64,000 nucleotides of DNA from Pseudomonadota bacterium (GTDB lineage Bacteria; Bdellovibrionota; Bacteriovoracia; Bacteriovoracales; Bacteriovoracaceae). Numbering within the stretch: the stretch's first letter is position 1; each line of letters opens with the position of its first letter. This document shows positions 45,606 to 55,327 of this stretch, piece after piece. The position numbers and the translations under genes are program-made. The notes beneath the pieces were generated by a model. The model was not told the origin of the DNA. It searched no databases and saw nothing but the letters and a program-made list of their open reading frames with translations. The DNA lies in assembly GCA_027487515.1 (NCBI GenBank), contig JAIYDL010000020.1, positions 90,371-154,370 of the forward strand, in the 5' to 3' direction.

Positions 45606-47967
45606 TTTTTTCCACCGCTTCCTCCTAATGCTCCTGCTGGGGGTCTCCCACCCACTCAGGGCCCAGTCCTATTCGGCTGGACTCCCGCTCTTTGATGGAG
45701 CGACGAACCTCGGCGATGTCCAAGTGGACATCGAGGGCGAAGAGGTTCGAAGCATCGACCGTGCCTCCTTGATCGAGCTGTTCCGGGGGTACCTGGGAGA
45801 AGACACCATTCGCGCGGTTGAAGCTCTGCCAGAAAAGCTCACGCCAGCACAGATCCCATTTCCTCTGGTGTTTAACCCCAGCGAGCTTCGGCTCGAAACC
45901 AAGATCGACCTGAAGCTTCGAGCGACCAAGAGGACGGATCTCGGGATTGACCTGTCTGAAGAGCAAAAAGTCGCCCTCGCGCCGGCGCCCGTCGGAGGTG
46001 CGGTGAACTACCGGCTCGAGCAGAACTGGGGAGATAAGCGGCTCGCCGGAAAGTTTTTTTCAGGCCAGTTCAATTCCTTCCTGAACATCCACTCCGTTGT
46101 GCTCGAGAACCAGTCCTTCTACCAGTCGAACCTAGACCAGCGTTGGTTCCGCGGTGACACGCGCCTCGTGAAGGATTTCCAGCGCTCTGACATCCGACTG
46201 CAGGCCGGGGACGTGTATCCGCAGGTTCAAGGTTTCATGGTCGCCAGACCTCTCGGTGGGATGAACCTTCAGCGGAACTTCTCCCTGAACCCCTACCGGC
46301 TTCCCTACCCCACGGGTCATCAATCCTTCACTCTCCGGGCCCGCTCGTTCGTGCGCTACTTCGTAAACTCGGTCTTGGTGAAATCAGAATACCTTCAGCC
46401 CGGAAACTACAAGGCCCAGGACATTCCTCTGAATAACGGTCTTAACACGATCACCATCGAGGCGACGGATGACCTGGGCCAGAAGCAAGTCTTCGTCTTC
46501 CGGTCCTCGTCCAACATCAACCTCCTCAACGAGGGAGAGAGTCGCTTTGACCTCTCCTACGGGATCCCGTTCCTCGATACGAACTTCAAGCGAGAGTACC
46601 AGGACCGAGACGGGAAAGTGTTCTCCGGCTTCTTCCAGTACGGCCTCTCGTCCCTGTTCTCAAGTTCGGCCTACCTCCAGAATCAAGCCGATTTCTCCCT
46701 CTACGGAACGGAACTCATCCGGGCGATCCCCATCGGAAACCTTCAGGCGGGCCTGGCGCGCTCGAACCTCCAGGGTCAGGAGGGAAATGCCGGAAGCCTT
46801 GGGTATCAGCTCATCACGCAAGGGAAAAAGTGGTTCGACTCGCACACCGTCTCGCTTCGGTTTGAGAACCGGGGCCAGGAGTTTAAGACGAGCGCCCTCG
46901 ATACGTCGTCTCTCGTTCAAAACGCCTACGCCGCAAACTACACCATTCCGGTTTCGAACCGGCTGACATTTTCGTTAGGCGGAAACTACGGCAACGTCCG
47001 AGACAATGATCTTGAGAACCGCTACGGCGTTGACGTGAACCTCGGTCTGCGGATCATGAACCAGCACAATCTCACGTTCTACGTCAGCCGAAACCGCGAC
47101 GAACTGCGCCGCTGGAACGAGACGGCCTACGCCTTCCTCACCTTCTCGCTTCCGGAATCCAATAGCTACGCCTCCGCACTCTACGATCAGACACAGAAGA
47201 GCACCCGGATCAATGTGCTAAGAGATAATCAGAACCGGCTCTACAATTTCCGCACGCAGGCCATCGCCGACGTCTCCGAAGAGCGCCGGGCCGGGGAACT
47301 TGATCTCCTCTATCCAACTCCGGTGGGCGACCTCGGTGCCCAGCTCTCCGGGAACCGAACGGACTCGCTGGGCACGGCCGGCCGGGGGAGCCTCCGGTTA
47401 AACTCCGCTCTCGTCTTCGCCTACCAAGAGGGAGAAGTGGGCGGGGGCATCTCTCGGCCCATCCCAGGGAGCTTCGTCATCTTTAAACCCGAGGAACGCC
47501 TCCGAGACCAACGGATCGGTCTTAAGTCCACGTCCCCCTACACCGAGGCCGAGACGGGCCTTTTTAACGAGATCGTTTTCAGTAACCTCATCGCCTACCA
47601 GTACCGGGAGATCCAGCTCGATCCGACCTTCCTGGATGAGGGCAGAAGCCTGCGCCAGGAGAAGTTCGTTCTCTATCCCACTTACCGAAGCGCCCACTTG
47701 ATCAAGCTCGAAGAGCGCGGCGCCGTCATTCTGACCGGTCGCTTGGTGGGATCGGACGGAACTCCGCTGGGCCTTCAGGTGGGAACCATCGGCGACGTTT
47801 CCTTCTTCACCAACCGTGACGGCGCTATTTTCATTGAGGGTGTTGAACCTGGCTCCTACCGCCTCAGCCTCGAAGGCCGGGAAGAGGCAGCCCAGGTCAG
47901 GGTCCTCCGGGACGAGCGGGGCATGAAAGACCTCGGAACAATTGTGATAAAGGAGAACGAGCTATGA
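45598..47967 (+). CDS. outer-membrane pilus usher
   Basis: 789 aa with a signal peptide. LQAGDVYPQ...GGMNLQRNF and LQPGNYKAQDIPLNNGLNTITIEATDDLGQKQV are usher-typical. The start overlaps the chaperone stop. Confidence 0.75.
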   Translation: MTSFFHRFLLMLLLGVSHPLRAQSYSAGLPLFDGATNLGDVQVDIEGEEVRSIDRASLIELFRGYLGEDTIRAVEALPEKLTPAQIPFPLVFNPSELRLETKIDLKLRATKRTDLGIDLSEEQKVALAPAPVGGAVNYRLEQNWGDKRLAGKFFSGQFNSFLNIHSVVLENQSFYQSNLDQRWFRGDTRLVKDFQRSDIRLQAGDVYPQVQGFMVARPLGGMNLQRNFSLNPYRLPYPTGHQSFTLRARSFVRYFVNSVLVKSEYLQPGNYKAQDIPLNNGLNTITIEATDDLGQKQVFVFRSSSNINLLNEGESRFDLSYGIPFLDTNFKREYQDRDGKVFSGFFQYGLSSLFSSSAYLQNQADFSLYGTELIRAIPIGNLQAGLARSNLQGQEGNAGSLGYQLITQGKKWFDSHTVSLRFENRGQEFKTSALDTSSLVQNAYAANYTIPVSNRLTFSLGGNYGNVRDNDLENRYGVDVNLGLRIMNQHNLTFYVSRNRDELRRWNETAYAFLTFSLPESNSYASALYDQTQKSTRINVLRDNQNRLYNFRTQAIADVSEERRAGELDLLYPTPVGDLGAQLSGNRTDSLGTAGRGSLRLNSALVFAYQEGEVGGGISRPIPGSFVIFKPEERLRDQRIGLKSTSPYTEAETGLFNEIVFSNLIAYQYREIQLDPTFLDEGRSLRQEKFVLYPTYRSAHLIKLEERGAVILTGRLVGSDGTPLGLQVGTIGDVSFFTNRDGAIFIEGVEPGSYRLSLEGREEAAQVRVLRDERGMKDLGTIVIKENEL

Positions 47968-48887
47968 AATTATTTTTTGTCGCCCTCGTGTTCGCCTCTG
48001 CTCGCGTGCTCGCCAAAGACTGTGACTATAGCTTTTCGATCAACAACGCAACGGTCGAACTCCTTGACAGCACTCAGACCGTCGAACAATCCCTCCGAGT
48101 CGCTCGGGACAAGAACTCACCGAATGGGCGCTGTAAGCTCTACCGAGTGTTCTTCTCGAAAGGCCTCGCGAACAACTACCAACGGAAGGCCTTTAGTGCC
48201 CGTGGGGGTTCGATCGACTACAACCTCCACGGCAGCATCAACCGCGCCGGGATCTTAAAGGAATTCGCCGACGCCGTCACGGCCAACGAGTACGTGTCTG
48301 GGGAGGCGCCGGAGAAGTCTACCTCTTACACCAAGAGTTTTTACATCTCCGCTCCGGGCCTCAAGAGTCGGGTGATGGAGGCCGGGACTTACAGTGATCT
48401 CGTTCAAGCGACCATCTATGGGTACAACGAAAACTCCGGAAAATACCTCTTCGAAGAGACCCAGAATTTCACCGCCGTCTTCCGGGTGTCGAACCGGTTA
48501 CAGGTGAGCCTGCTCGACGAGGGGGCAACCTTCGATCCCTCGGCAACGAGCAAGGTCATCGACTTCGGGGCCTTACAACAAAACCAGGAGCGCGGGGCCG
48601 ACCTCCGGGTCGTTTCAAACAGTCCCTACAAGCTTCGGCTCTCGTCGCAGAACAACGGAAATCTCCGTCAACTCTCGGGAGAAACGATTGCCTACACGGT
48701 CCGAGTCAACGGCGCCATCGTCTCCCTGGCGGGAAGTGCATCGGGCCCCGTTTCGATCGGCAGCGGAGCGGTTACTCCGGAGGCAGGCCACCTCTACAAT
48801 TTAAAGATCCGGATCACCGAAATGACCACGCACAAATCCGCAGGCCTCTACCAAGATGCGATCACCATCACCGCCACGGCCAACTAA
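47964..48887 (+). CDS. two-domain pilus subunit (tip/adhesin-like)
   Basis: Signal peptide. Internal GTYSDLVQATIY and terminal AGLYQDAITITATAN strands. ATGA overlap with the usher stop. Confidence 0.6.
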   Translation: MKLFFVALVFASARVLAKDCDYSFSINNATVELLDSTQTVEQSLRVARDKNSPNGRCKLYRVFFSKGLANNYQRKAFSARGGSIDYNLHGSINRAGILKEFADAVTANEYVSGEAPEKSTSYTKSFYISAPGLKSRVMEAGTYSDLVQATIYGYNENSGKYLFEETQNFTAVFRVSNRLQVSLLDEGATFDPSATSKVIDFGALQQNQERGADLRVVSNSPYKLRLSSQNNGNLRQLSGETIAYTVRVNGAIVSLAGSASGPVSIGSGAVTPEAGHLYNLKIRITEMTTHKSAGLYQDAITITATAN

Positions 48888-49873
48888 AGCGGCAGGGACT
48901 GGCCCGGGTCGAGGACCACAAAAGCTTCCTCGGGCACCCGGTGCTTCGGGAGGGCGAGCTTCAGGTCGCGGACGGGCTCGTCGATGCCCTCGTCCGTGAG
49001 CTGGAAGGTTCCGAAGTGCATTCCCACAGAAAGCTTCGCACCCAGGTCAAGATGCGCTCTCACCGCCTCCTCCGGGTCCATGTGATAGTACTTCATGAAC
49101 CAGCGGGGTTTATAGGCGCCGATGGGAAGGAGGGCCAGATCCGGCGTTCCCAGGCGAGATTTTATATCTCTGAAGTGAGGCCCGTACCCCGTGTCTCCAG
49201 CGAAGTAAATTTTCCGAGCGCCACTCTCTATGACGTAGCTTCCCCAGAGGCTCTTGTTCTTATCCCAGAACTTCCGCGACGACCAGTGCTGGGCCGGAGC
49301 GAAGACGAACCGCACGTCCTTCACCCGCACATCCTCCCACCAATCCAGTGCCTTCACGGTCTGGATGCCGGCCCTCTTTAACAGCTCCTCGTCACCGAGG
49401 GGGACTAAGAACAATGGGTGAAAGCGAGCGTCGATGAGCTTCAGTGCTTCGAGGTCGAGGTGATCGTAATGGTTATGAGAAATGATCACCACGTCCACCG
49501 GGGGAAGTGAGTCGAGGGCGAGCCCTGGCCCATGGACCCGCTTTGGCCCGGCGAAACTCACCGGGCTCACCCGCTCAGAGAAGACCGGGTCTGTGAGCAC
49601 GGTCACGCCGGGAAACTGGAGGAGGAAGGTCGCGTGGTTGATCCAGGTTACGCTCGACGCCTCCGACGGGGCGAGGGGCCGGAAGGGATGATTCTTAATC
49701 GGAACCTGAGAAGGCCAGGGCACGGTCGACGCCGTCGCTTTCCACTTCACCAAAGACCAAAACCCTTTTAGGTCATCTCCCCAGGGGAGAAAAAACTTCT
49801 CCCCGTCATAGTGATCGGACTTTGGATACGAGAACACCATCAACGGGAACAGGAAAACAAACAGATTAAGCAT
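48884..49873 (-). CDS. MBL-fold metallo-hydrolase (NAPE-PLD-like)
   Basis: VIISHNHYDHLD motif and a length of 329 aa. Confidence 0.8.
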   Translation of the reverse strand: MLNLFVFLFPLMVFSYPKSDHYDGEKFFLPWGDDLKGFWSLVKWKATASTVPWPSQVPIKNHPFRPLAPSEASSVTWINHATFLLQFPGVTVLTDPVFSERVSPVSFAGPKRVHGPGLALDSLPPVDVVIISHNHYDHLDLEALKLIDARFHPLFLVPLGDEELLKRAGIQTVKALDWWEDVRVKDVRFVFAPAQHWSSRKFWDKNKSLWGSYVIESGARKIYFAGDTGYGPHFRDIKSRLGTPDLALLPIGAYKPRWFMKYYHMDPEEAVRAHLDLGAKLSVGMHFGTFQLTDEGIDEPVRDLKLALPKHRVPEEAFVVLDPGQSLPL

Positions 49874-49879
49874 AACTCC

Positions 49880-52267
49880 TCAGTGCAGTTCGGCCTTCGA
49901 TTCCTCGAGCTCATGGATCTCCATCCCGTGACCGTTCCAGGTCATGAGAAGCTCCCCGCCGGAGAGGTTCCCCTCGAGGATCTTCTTCGAAAGAGGTCTC
50001 GTCACGAGCCGCTGGAAAACTCCGTTCAAGGGCCTCGCCCCGTACTGGAAATCGAACCCTTGTTCCTCGAGCGTGTCGACGGCTTTCTTATCGAGTTTGA
50101 GAACCACTTTCTTGGATTTGAGCCGCTCGTTTAACAGCTTGAGCTGCTTATCGACCAACTGGCGCATGACTCGCTTATCCAGACCAAGGTAGGTCAAGAC
50201 CCCATCAATCCGGCCCAGCACCTCCGGCTTAAAGTCGGCCTTCGGGTTCTTGGAATTTGAAGTCATCATGACGATCGTATTCTTAAAGTTCACCGTCCTG
50301 CCCTTGTTGTCCGTCAGGCGCCCGTCGTCCAGGATCTGGAGCAAGATGTCGGCGAAATCCGGGTGGGCCTTTTCGATCTCGTCGAAGAGGACCACGGAGT
50401 ACGGCCTGCGCCGGATGGCCTCCGTGAGCACTCCCCCTTCGTCATACCCAACGTAGCCCGCGGGTGCACCGATGAGTTTTGCCACCGAGTGCTTCTCGGA
50501 AAATTCCGAAAGGTCGAAGCGAACGATGTTCTCTTCGTTATCGAAGAGGTACTGGGTCAGGGCCTTGGCGGTCTCGGTCTTCCCGACTCCGGTGGGTCCG
50601 AGGAGGAGGAATGATCCCAGCGGTCTTGATTCGTCGGCGAGGCCTGCGTAACTGGCGATCAGGGTCTCGGCAATCTCATGGATCGCCTCCTCCTGCCCGA
50701 AGACGCGCTTGTTTAAGAACTCTTCGATGTGAAGGATGGAGTCTTGCTTAGACTTCAGGATTTTTTCCACCGGAATTCCCGTCTGCCGGGAGATGACCTG
50801 CGCGATGTGCTTCTTTCCGAGGATCCACTCGTGTTGCAGGGACTCGAGCTCCTTTTCTGTCTGCGGAATGAGCATGTACTTGATCTTCGAGGCCTCTTCG
50901 TAGTTGCCGTTCCGCTGGGCCGCTTCGAGGTCAAACGTCAGGCGATCGATGCGGCCCTTGATCTCGGCCACTTTCTTCAGGGAAGAGACCTCTTTCTCCC
51001 AGACACCTCTTCCTTCGGCGAACCGGGCCTCGAGCGCTGAGATCTCGTTTTTGAGGTCAAGGTTCTCGCGCTCCATCTGCGCGTAGATCTTCTTGGACCG
51101 GAGCTCGGCCTCGAGCTCCACCAGCTTCGCCGGCATGGCCTCGGCCGAGAGCTTTAACGCAGAGGACGCCTCGTCCAACAGATCGATCGCCTTGTCCGGA
51201 AGATTCTTATCGGTGATGTACTGGTCTGAGAGGAAGACTGCGTTGTAGACAGCTTCATCGGAGATCTTGATCCCGTGGTGGGCCTCCATCCTCGAGCGAA
51301 CCCCCATCAGGATCTCGACGGAGTCCTCTTTGGTCGGTTCATGGACCGGAACCGATCGGAACCGCCGCTCGAGGGCCGCGTCGTTGAGGATGTACTTTTG
51401 ATATTCATCAAAAGTCGTGGCACCGATGCAATGGAGTTCTCCGCGGGCGAGCGCAGGTTTTAGGAGATTCGCCGCATCCATCGCACCGTCCGTACGACCG
51501 GCGCCGACGAGCTGGTGGATTTCATCAATAAAGAGGACCACGTCCCCGGCCTTAGACTTCACGAATTTAAGAAGGTTTTGAATCCGCTCCTCGAAGTCTC
51601 CGCGGTACTTCGTTCCCGCCATGAGGGAGCCCATCTCGAGGGAGTAAACCGTTTTGCCTTTTAAGACGTCCGGAACGTTCCCCTTAACGATCTGTTCGGC
51701 GAGGCCTTCGATGATGGCCGTCTTGCCGACGCCGGCGGGCCCCACGAGCACAGGATTATTCTTCGACCGCCGGCCAAGGATCTCGATCACCGATCGAATT
51801 TCCTTGGTGCGCCCGATGACCGGATCAAGTTTCCCCTTTTCGGCCAATTGATTGAGGTTGATGAGAAAGCTTGGGACCTCCTGCTCTTCCGCCGGGTCGG
51901 AGAACTTACTGTAGTCGACCTTAAGCGCCGGGAAGAACTGCGGAAGGTGCTTCAGGAGATGGCGCTCGGCCACTTCCTGCTTCCCTTGCTGAACGGAGTC
52001 ACCGCTGGCGAGGGTGATCCACTCCTGAAGCTTCGGTGACGTGCGAAGGTTTTCTAAGGAAAGTTGTCCCGAGCTTCGCGGGAGCTTCCCGAGAAGATCT
52101 TCGATCTCTTTAAGGTTATCTTTCAGGGCCTTCGAGGCGTAGGAGGAGCGGTTCAGAACCAAACCCAGGAGCAAATGCTCGGGTGAGAGCTCCGTGTTCT
52201 TCCGTTTCAGGGCTTCGGACTGAGCGATGTCGAGAGATCCTAATACCACTTGATCAAACTTATTCAT
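49880..52267 (-). CDS. clpB: AAA+ chaperone ClpB
   Basis: Two Walker A motifs ([18 protein letters not shown]), a Clp N-domain, and a coiled-coil middle domain ...[16 protein letters not shown]. Confidence 0.85.
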   Translation of the reverse strand: MNKFDQVVLGSLDIAQSEALKRKNTELSPEHLLLGLVLNRSSYASKALKDNLKEIEDLLGKLPRSSGQLSLENLRTSPKLQEWITLASGDSVQQGKQEVAERHLLKHLPQFFPALKVDYSKFSDPAEEQEVPSFLINLNQLAEKGKLDPVIGRTKEIRSVIEILGRRSKNNPVLVGPAGVGKTAIIEGLAEQIVKGNVPDVLKGKTVYSLEMGSLMAGTKYRGDFEERIQNLLKFVKSKAGDVVLFIDEIHQLVGAGRTDGAMDAANLLKPALARGELHCIGATTFDEYQKYILNDAALERRFRSVPVHEPTKEDSVEILMGVRSRMEAHHGIKISDEAVYNAVFLSDQYITDKNLPDKAIDLLDEASSALKLSAEAMPAKLVELEAELRSKKIYAQMERENLDLKNEISALEARFAEGRGVWEKEVSSLKKVAEIKGRIDRLTFDLEAAQRNGNYEEASKIKYMLIPQTEKELESLQHEWILGKKHIAQVISRQTGIPVEKILKSKQDSILHIEEFLNKRVFGQEEAIHEIAETLIASYAGLADESRPLGSFLLLGPTGVGKTETAKALTQYLFDNEENIVRFDLSEFSEKHSVAKLIGAPAGYVGYDEGGVLTEAIRRRPYSVVLFDEIEKAHPDFADILLQILDDGRLTDNKGRTVNFKNTIVMMTSNSKNPKADFKPEVLGRIDGVLTYLGLDKRVMRQLVDKQLKLLNERLKSKKVVLKLDKKAVDTLEEQGFDFQYGARPLNGVFQRLVTRPLSKKILEGNLSGGELLMTWNGHGMEIHELEESKAELH

Positions 52268-52330
52268 GTTGCACTCCTTGCCGTTCTCTTTCTAAGATAA
52301 GACCCAGACCGGAGACGTCAAGGTGTCTCC

Positions 52331-53347
52331 TTAAAGATTGTTGGGCGTGACGAGTTTTACTCTCGTAAACTGCTCGGTCTCTTTGAGGACTTCGGTGACC
52401 ACCGCCGCTCCGGCGCGCAGCTCACCGAGGGCCTTTGACTCGGTCTTCGTGAGGTCACGTTTCAGGATCTGGTAGCGCTGGAGTTGATTGTCACGGCACA
52501 CCTCCCAGTCATGGGCAAACTTCGTTTCGCTATGGACTCTGACGACCCGTTCCCGAGGATTCTCACTCGAGAAGGTCCGGGAGAAGGCCTGGACCGTGAG
52601 CGGAAGGAGCTTCCGATCCTTGCGCGCCAACTGGGTGAGTCGCTCGACCTCGGGGTCCTGCCGGACGTGAATGAACTGGTGACACCAGTCATCACTCCGG
52701 TCCATGGGGCAGGCCGTGGGAAGAGGACACGGGAACAGAATGCGGTGACCCAGTTTCAAGAGATGAGCGCGCAGCTCCAGCATCTTGGGAAAGAACTCCT
52801 TCGTTCCGGGTTCGACGAAGAGCACGTGGTCCGGGTCTACGGCATCGATGTAGCGGACTGCGGTAGCGACATCCATTTCATTGGCCGAGTGACCGAACAG
52901 GAGGAGCTTGGGGTTCGGCACGCTCCACTCCCAGCGCGGACCTTGCACAAGCGCCCCGGTCCCAAAGGCGCTCCAGAGCTTGAGTGCCTGCTCTCGCATG
53001 AGGGGCGACTGTTCAATCTGGTAGACCGTCCGTGGGACCCCCGCCGCCGTCCACGCCTGAGAGAAGGTCCCGGGCCCCGCACCCAGGTCAATCAGCGTTG
53101 AGCTTTGGAGTTCCTTGACCCAAGCCTCTGGCATCCACCGGAGGACCTCACGGAGTTTTGGGATATTAGTTAGAGCGTAGAAGGCAGTGTACGCCGCCAC
53201 CAGTCTCGGGTCCCGAAGATAGTCCGTGATCCGCTCCCGCTGCCGCGTGAACTTCTCCGAGACTTCTTCGATCGCAGAGACGAGCTCAGCCTCGCTCTTG
53301 AAGGAATAGATGAGATGCGGAAGCACGGCGGTGAGGGTGAGGTCCAT
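52331..53347 (-). CDS. SAM-dependent methyltransferase, Rsm22-like
   Basis: LIDLGAGPGT SAM motif and the Cys cluster FPCPLPTACP...WCHQ. Confidence 0.6.
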   Translation of the reverse strand: MDLTLTAVLPHLIYSFKSEAELVSAIEEVSEKFTRQRERITDYLRDPRLVAAYTAFYALTNIPKLREVLRWMPEAWVKELQSSTLIDLGAGPGTFSQAWTAAGVPRTVYQIEQSPLMREQALKLWSAFGTGALVQGPRWEWSVPNPKLLLFGHSANEMDVATAVRYIDAVDPDHVLFVEPGTKEFFPKMLELRAHLLKLGHRILFPCPLPTACPMDRSDDWCHQFIHVRQDPEVERLTQLARKDRKLLPLTVQAFSRTFSSENPRERVVRVHSETKFAHDWEVCRDNQLQRYQILKRDLTKTESKALGELRAGAAVVTEVLKETEQFTRVKLVTPNNL

Positions 53348-54226
53348 TTAATTTCCGATCGCCTTGATGACGATGCGCTGCTGTTCGGTGTCGATCTTCT
53401 TCCGTACCATTCCGAGCCAGTATTCCTCTCGGAGGTTCGGGATGCTTCCGATGCGCACAAGTTTTCCAGCGTGAACCCAGGCCTCAGCGCTGTCTTCTCC
53501 CATGATGATGAGCCCTTCCCCGCGAACGGCGAGTTCCTTTAATAGGGCCGTGTCCTGGGCCTCGATGCCGACTTCAAAGGCAAGGCCCTGCTCGAGCATG
53601 AATTTCTCGAAATCGTGCCGGAGCGGGTTCTGGAACCCAGGCAGCACGAAGCGCATGCCGGCGAGCGAGGCCGGGTACGTCTTCTGGAGTTTTCCAAACT
53701 TCCGAGCACCCCAGACGCAGACCTGCTCCTTGGCCATGGAGGCGTAGATCATTTCTTTGCCCTCCACGAGGGGGCGAAAGTTCCCGAGAAAAAAGTCAAT
53801 CTTCCCTTGGAGCAGGAGATTGAACAACTCCTCTCCGGTCCCCTCCGTGACCTTCACCTTCGCCTGGGGAATTGTGCCAATGGCACCGATGGCGCTGGCG
53901 ATCACGGTCTTCGGTACCGACTCCTGGGCCCCGAGGGTGAACTCGCGGATGCCGGCCTCTCGGGCGTGCCCAAGGTTCGAGACGAGCTCATCCTCGAGCT
54001 GCTTGATCGCCTTGGCGTACCTCAAGACGTACTCCCCTTCAGCGGTGATCTTCATTTTCTTTCCAACGCGGTCGAAGAGCCGAAGCCCGAGGCAGCCCTC
54101 GAAGTGCTTCAGCTGTGCCGACAGCGCCGGCTGACCGACGAGGAGTTTCTTCGACGCCCCGGAGATCGATCCTTCTTCCGCGATGACTAAAAAATACTTC
54201 AGGTGGTGGAGGTTGAGCCAATTCAT
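53348..54226 (-). CDS. LysR-family transcriptional regulator (NhaR-like N-terminus)
   Basis: LNLHHLKYFLVIAEEGSISGASKKLLVGQPALSAQLKHFE. Confidence 0.88.
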   Translation of the reverse strand: MNWLNLHHLKYFLVIAEEGSISGASKKLLVGQPALSAQLKHFEGCLGLRLFDRVGKKMKITAEGEYVLRYAKAIKQLEDELVSNLGHAREAGIREFTLGAQESVPKTVIASAIGAIGTIPQAKVKVTEGTGEELFNLLLQGKIDFFLGNFRPLVEGKEMIYASMAKEQVCVWGARKFGKLQKTYPASLAGMRFVLPGFQNPLRHDFEKFMLEQGLAFEVGIEAQDTALLKELAVRGEGLIIMGEDSAEAWVHAGKLVRIGSIPNLREEYWLGMVRKKIDTEQQRIVIKAIGN

Positions 54227-54284
54227 AGTACCTTCGCTTTAAATTATACGTACAGTCAGTATTATCGATTTTTATCATAAATTG

Positions 54285-54304
54285 ATTGTCGCTATTATGA
54301 CAAT
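54285..54304. promoter_or_regulatory. perfect inverted repeat ATTGTC-N8-GACAAT in the divergent LysR/exporter intergenic region (operator candidate)
   Basis: attgtcgctattatgacaat. The spacer contains a TATTAT -10-like hexamer. Lies 31 nt upstream of the small ORF start. Confidence 0.35.
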
Positions 54305-54334
54305 CTGCAAACAAAAATTAAAGGAGTGGTCCCA

Positions 54335-54451
54335 TTGAAATCGATCATAATTCTAGCGGCGTGGACGGTTATGGCTGTCTTTTGTACAAAACCTCGTGCT
54401 AGCATGTTCCAAGAAAATCTCCAGAATGACTCTATGACAGAAAGCCGCTGA
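54335..54451 (+). CDS. candidate 38-aa hydrophobic-N-terminus peptide (not in the ORF track)
   Basis: AAGGAG lies 8 nt upstream of the TTG. My translation is MKSIIILAAWTVMAVFCTKPRASMFQENLQNDSMTESR. Confidence 0.35.
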   Translation: MKSIIILAAWTVMAVFCTKPRASMFQENLQNDSMTESR

Positions 54452-54469
54452 CGCGCTTCAGGAGACCCC

Positions 54470-55327
54470 ATGGTTCCCCATCATTTCCTACCCACGGTCC
54501 GCCACCTTCACACAACCCGGAAATACATCATCTACTCCGCGCTCTACGGGATCACGACCTTGATTGTCCCGCTCGCGGTCCAATTCCTGGTGAACAACCT
54601 TGCGCTCTCTGGACTGTGGCTCAACATCTTCGGTTTCCTCTTCATCATCGGCGGGGGCCTCGCCCTCTCCCAGGTCCTGAAGTACTGTCAGTTCGTTCTC
54701 AACGAATACCTCCAGCGGGAACTCTTCTTCTATGAAGTGAAGCGCTGGAAGAAGGCGCTCGATAGCGCAAAACGCATGTACTACGTAGAAATTTTCTTCG
54801 CCATGAAATCCTACTCCAAGTCTTTTACGACCTTCGTGGATATCGCGCTCACGGCATCGTTTGGCCTCCTCACCATCGTCACCTTCCACCCGGCCTTCCT
54901 CCTCCTGCCTTTGCTCATCGGGATTACCCTCTACCAGATCCATCTCTCGACGAGGCCCGCCATCGAGTCCTCGATCCAAGAGTCCGACGAGAAGTACCAC
55001 CTCTACAAGATGGCCTTCTCCGACGACACCCCAGATAACACAGACATTAACGCCTTTCTGAAGGCGCGGGACGGGCACTTCCATTTCGTCAAACGCAACA
55101 CCCTTAAAATCTCCGCTCTCTTCGGAGTCTGTCAGATCGGACTCCTCGGCGCAGGGACGTACATGGTCCAGTCCGATCAGCTCTCCATCGGTCAGCTCGT
55201 TTCCGCCGAGATCATCTTTTCTGGAATCATGGTTTCTCTCTCGAAGCTCCCCTCCGCCCTCGAAGGTCTCTACGACTACGAGACAAGTATCTACAAGCTC
55301 ATGAAGGCCAAAGGAGAAGAGGAATGA
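54470..55327 (+). CDS. ABC-exporter-type transmembrane domain protein without a nucleotide-binding domain
   Basis: Six-TM pattern of a type I exporter TMD. Ends ...QLSIGQLVSAEIIFSGIMVSLSKLPSALEGLYDYETSIYKLMKAKGEEE*, where an NBD normally follows. No Walker A. Confidence 0.6.
   Translation: MVPHHFLPTVRHLHTTRKYIIYSALYGITTLIVPLAVQFLVNNLALSGLWLNIFGFLFIIGGGLALSQVLKYCQFVLNEYLQRELFFYEVKRWKKALDSAKRMYYVEIFFAMKSYSKSFTTFVDIALTASFGLLTIVTFHPAFLLLPLLIGITLYQIHLSTRPAIESSIQESDEKYHLYKMAFSDDTPDNTDINAFLKARDGHFHFVKRNTLKISALFGVCQIGLLGAGTYMVQSDQLSIGQLVSAEIIFSGIMVSLSKLPSALEGLYDYETSIYKLMKAKGEEE

Noticed and set aside
54379-54394. TGGCTGTCTTTTGTAC, a sigma54-like element upstream of the exporter genes.
   Set aside because: The -12 position reads GT rather than the near-invariant GC, and the element lies inside the candidate small ORF.
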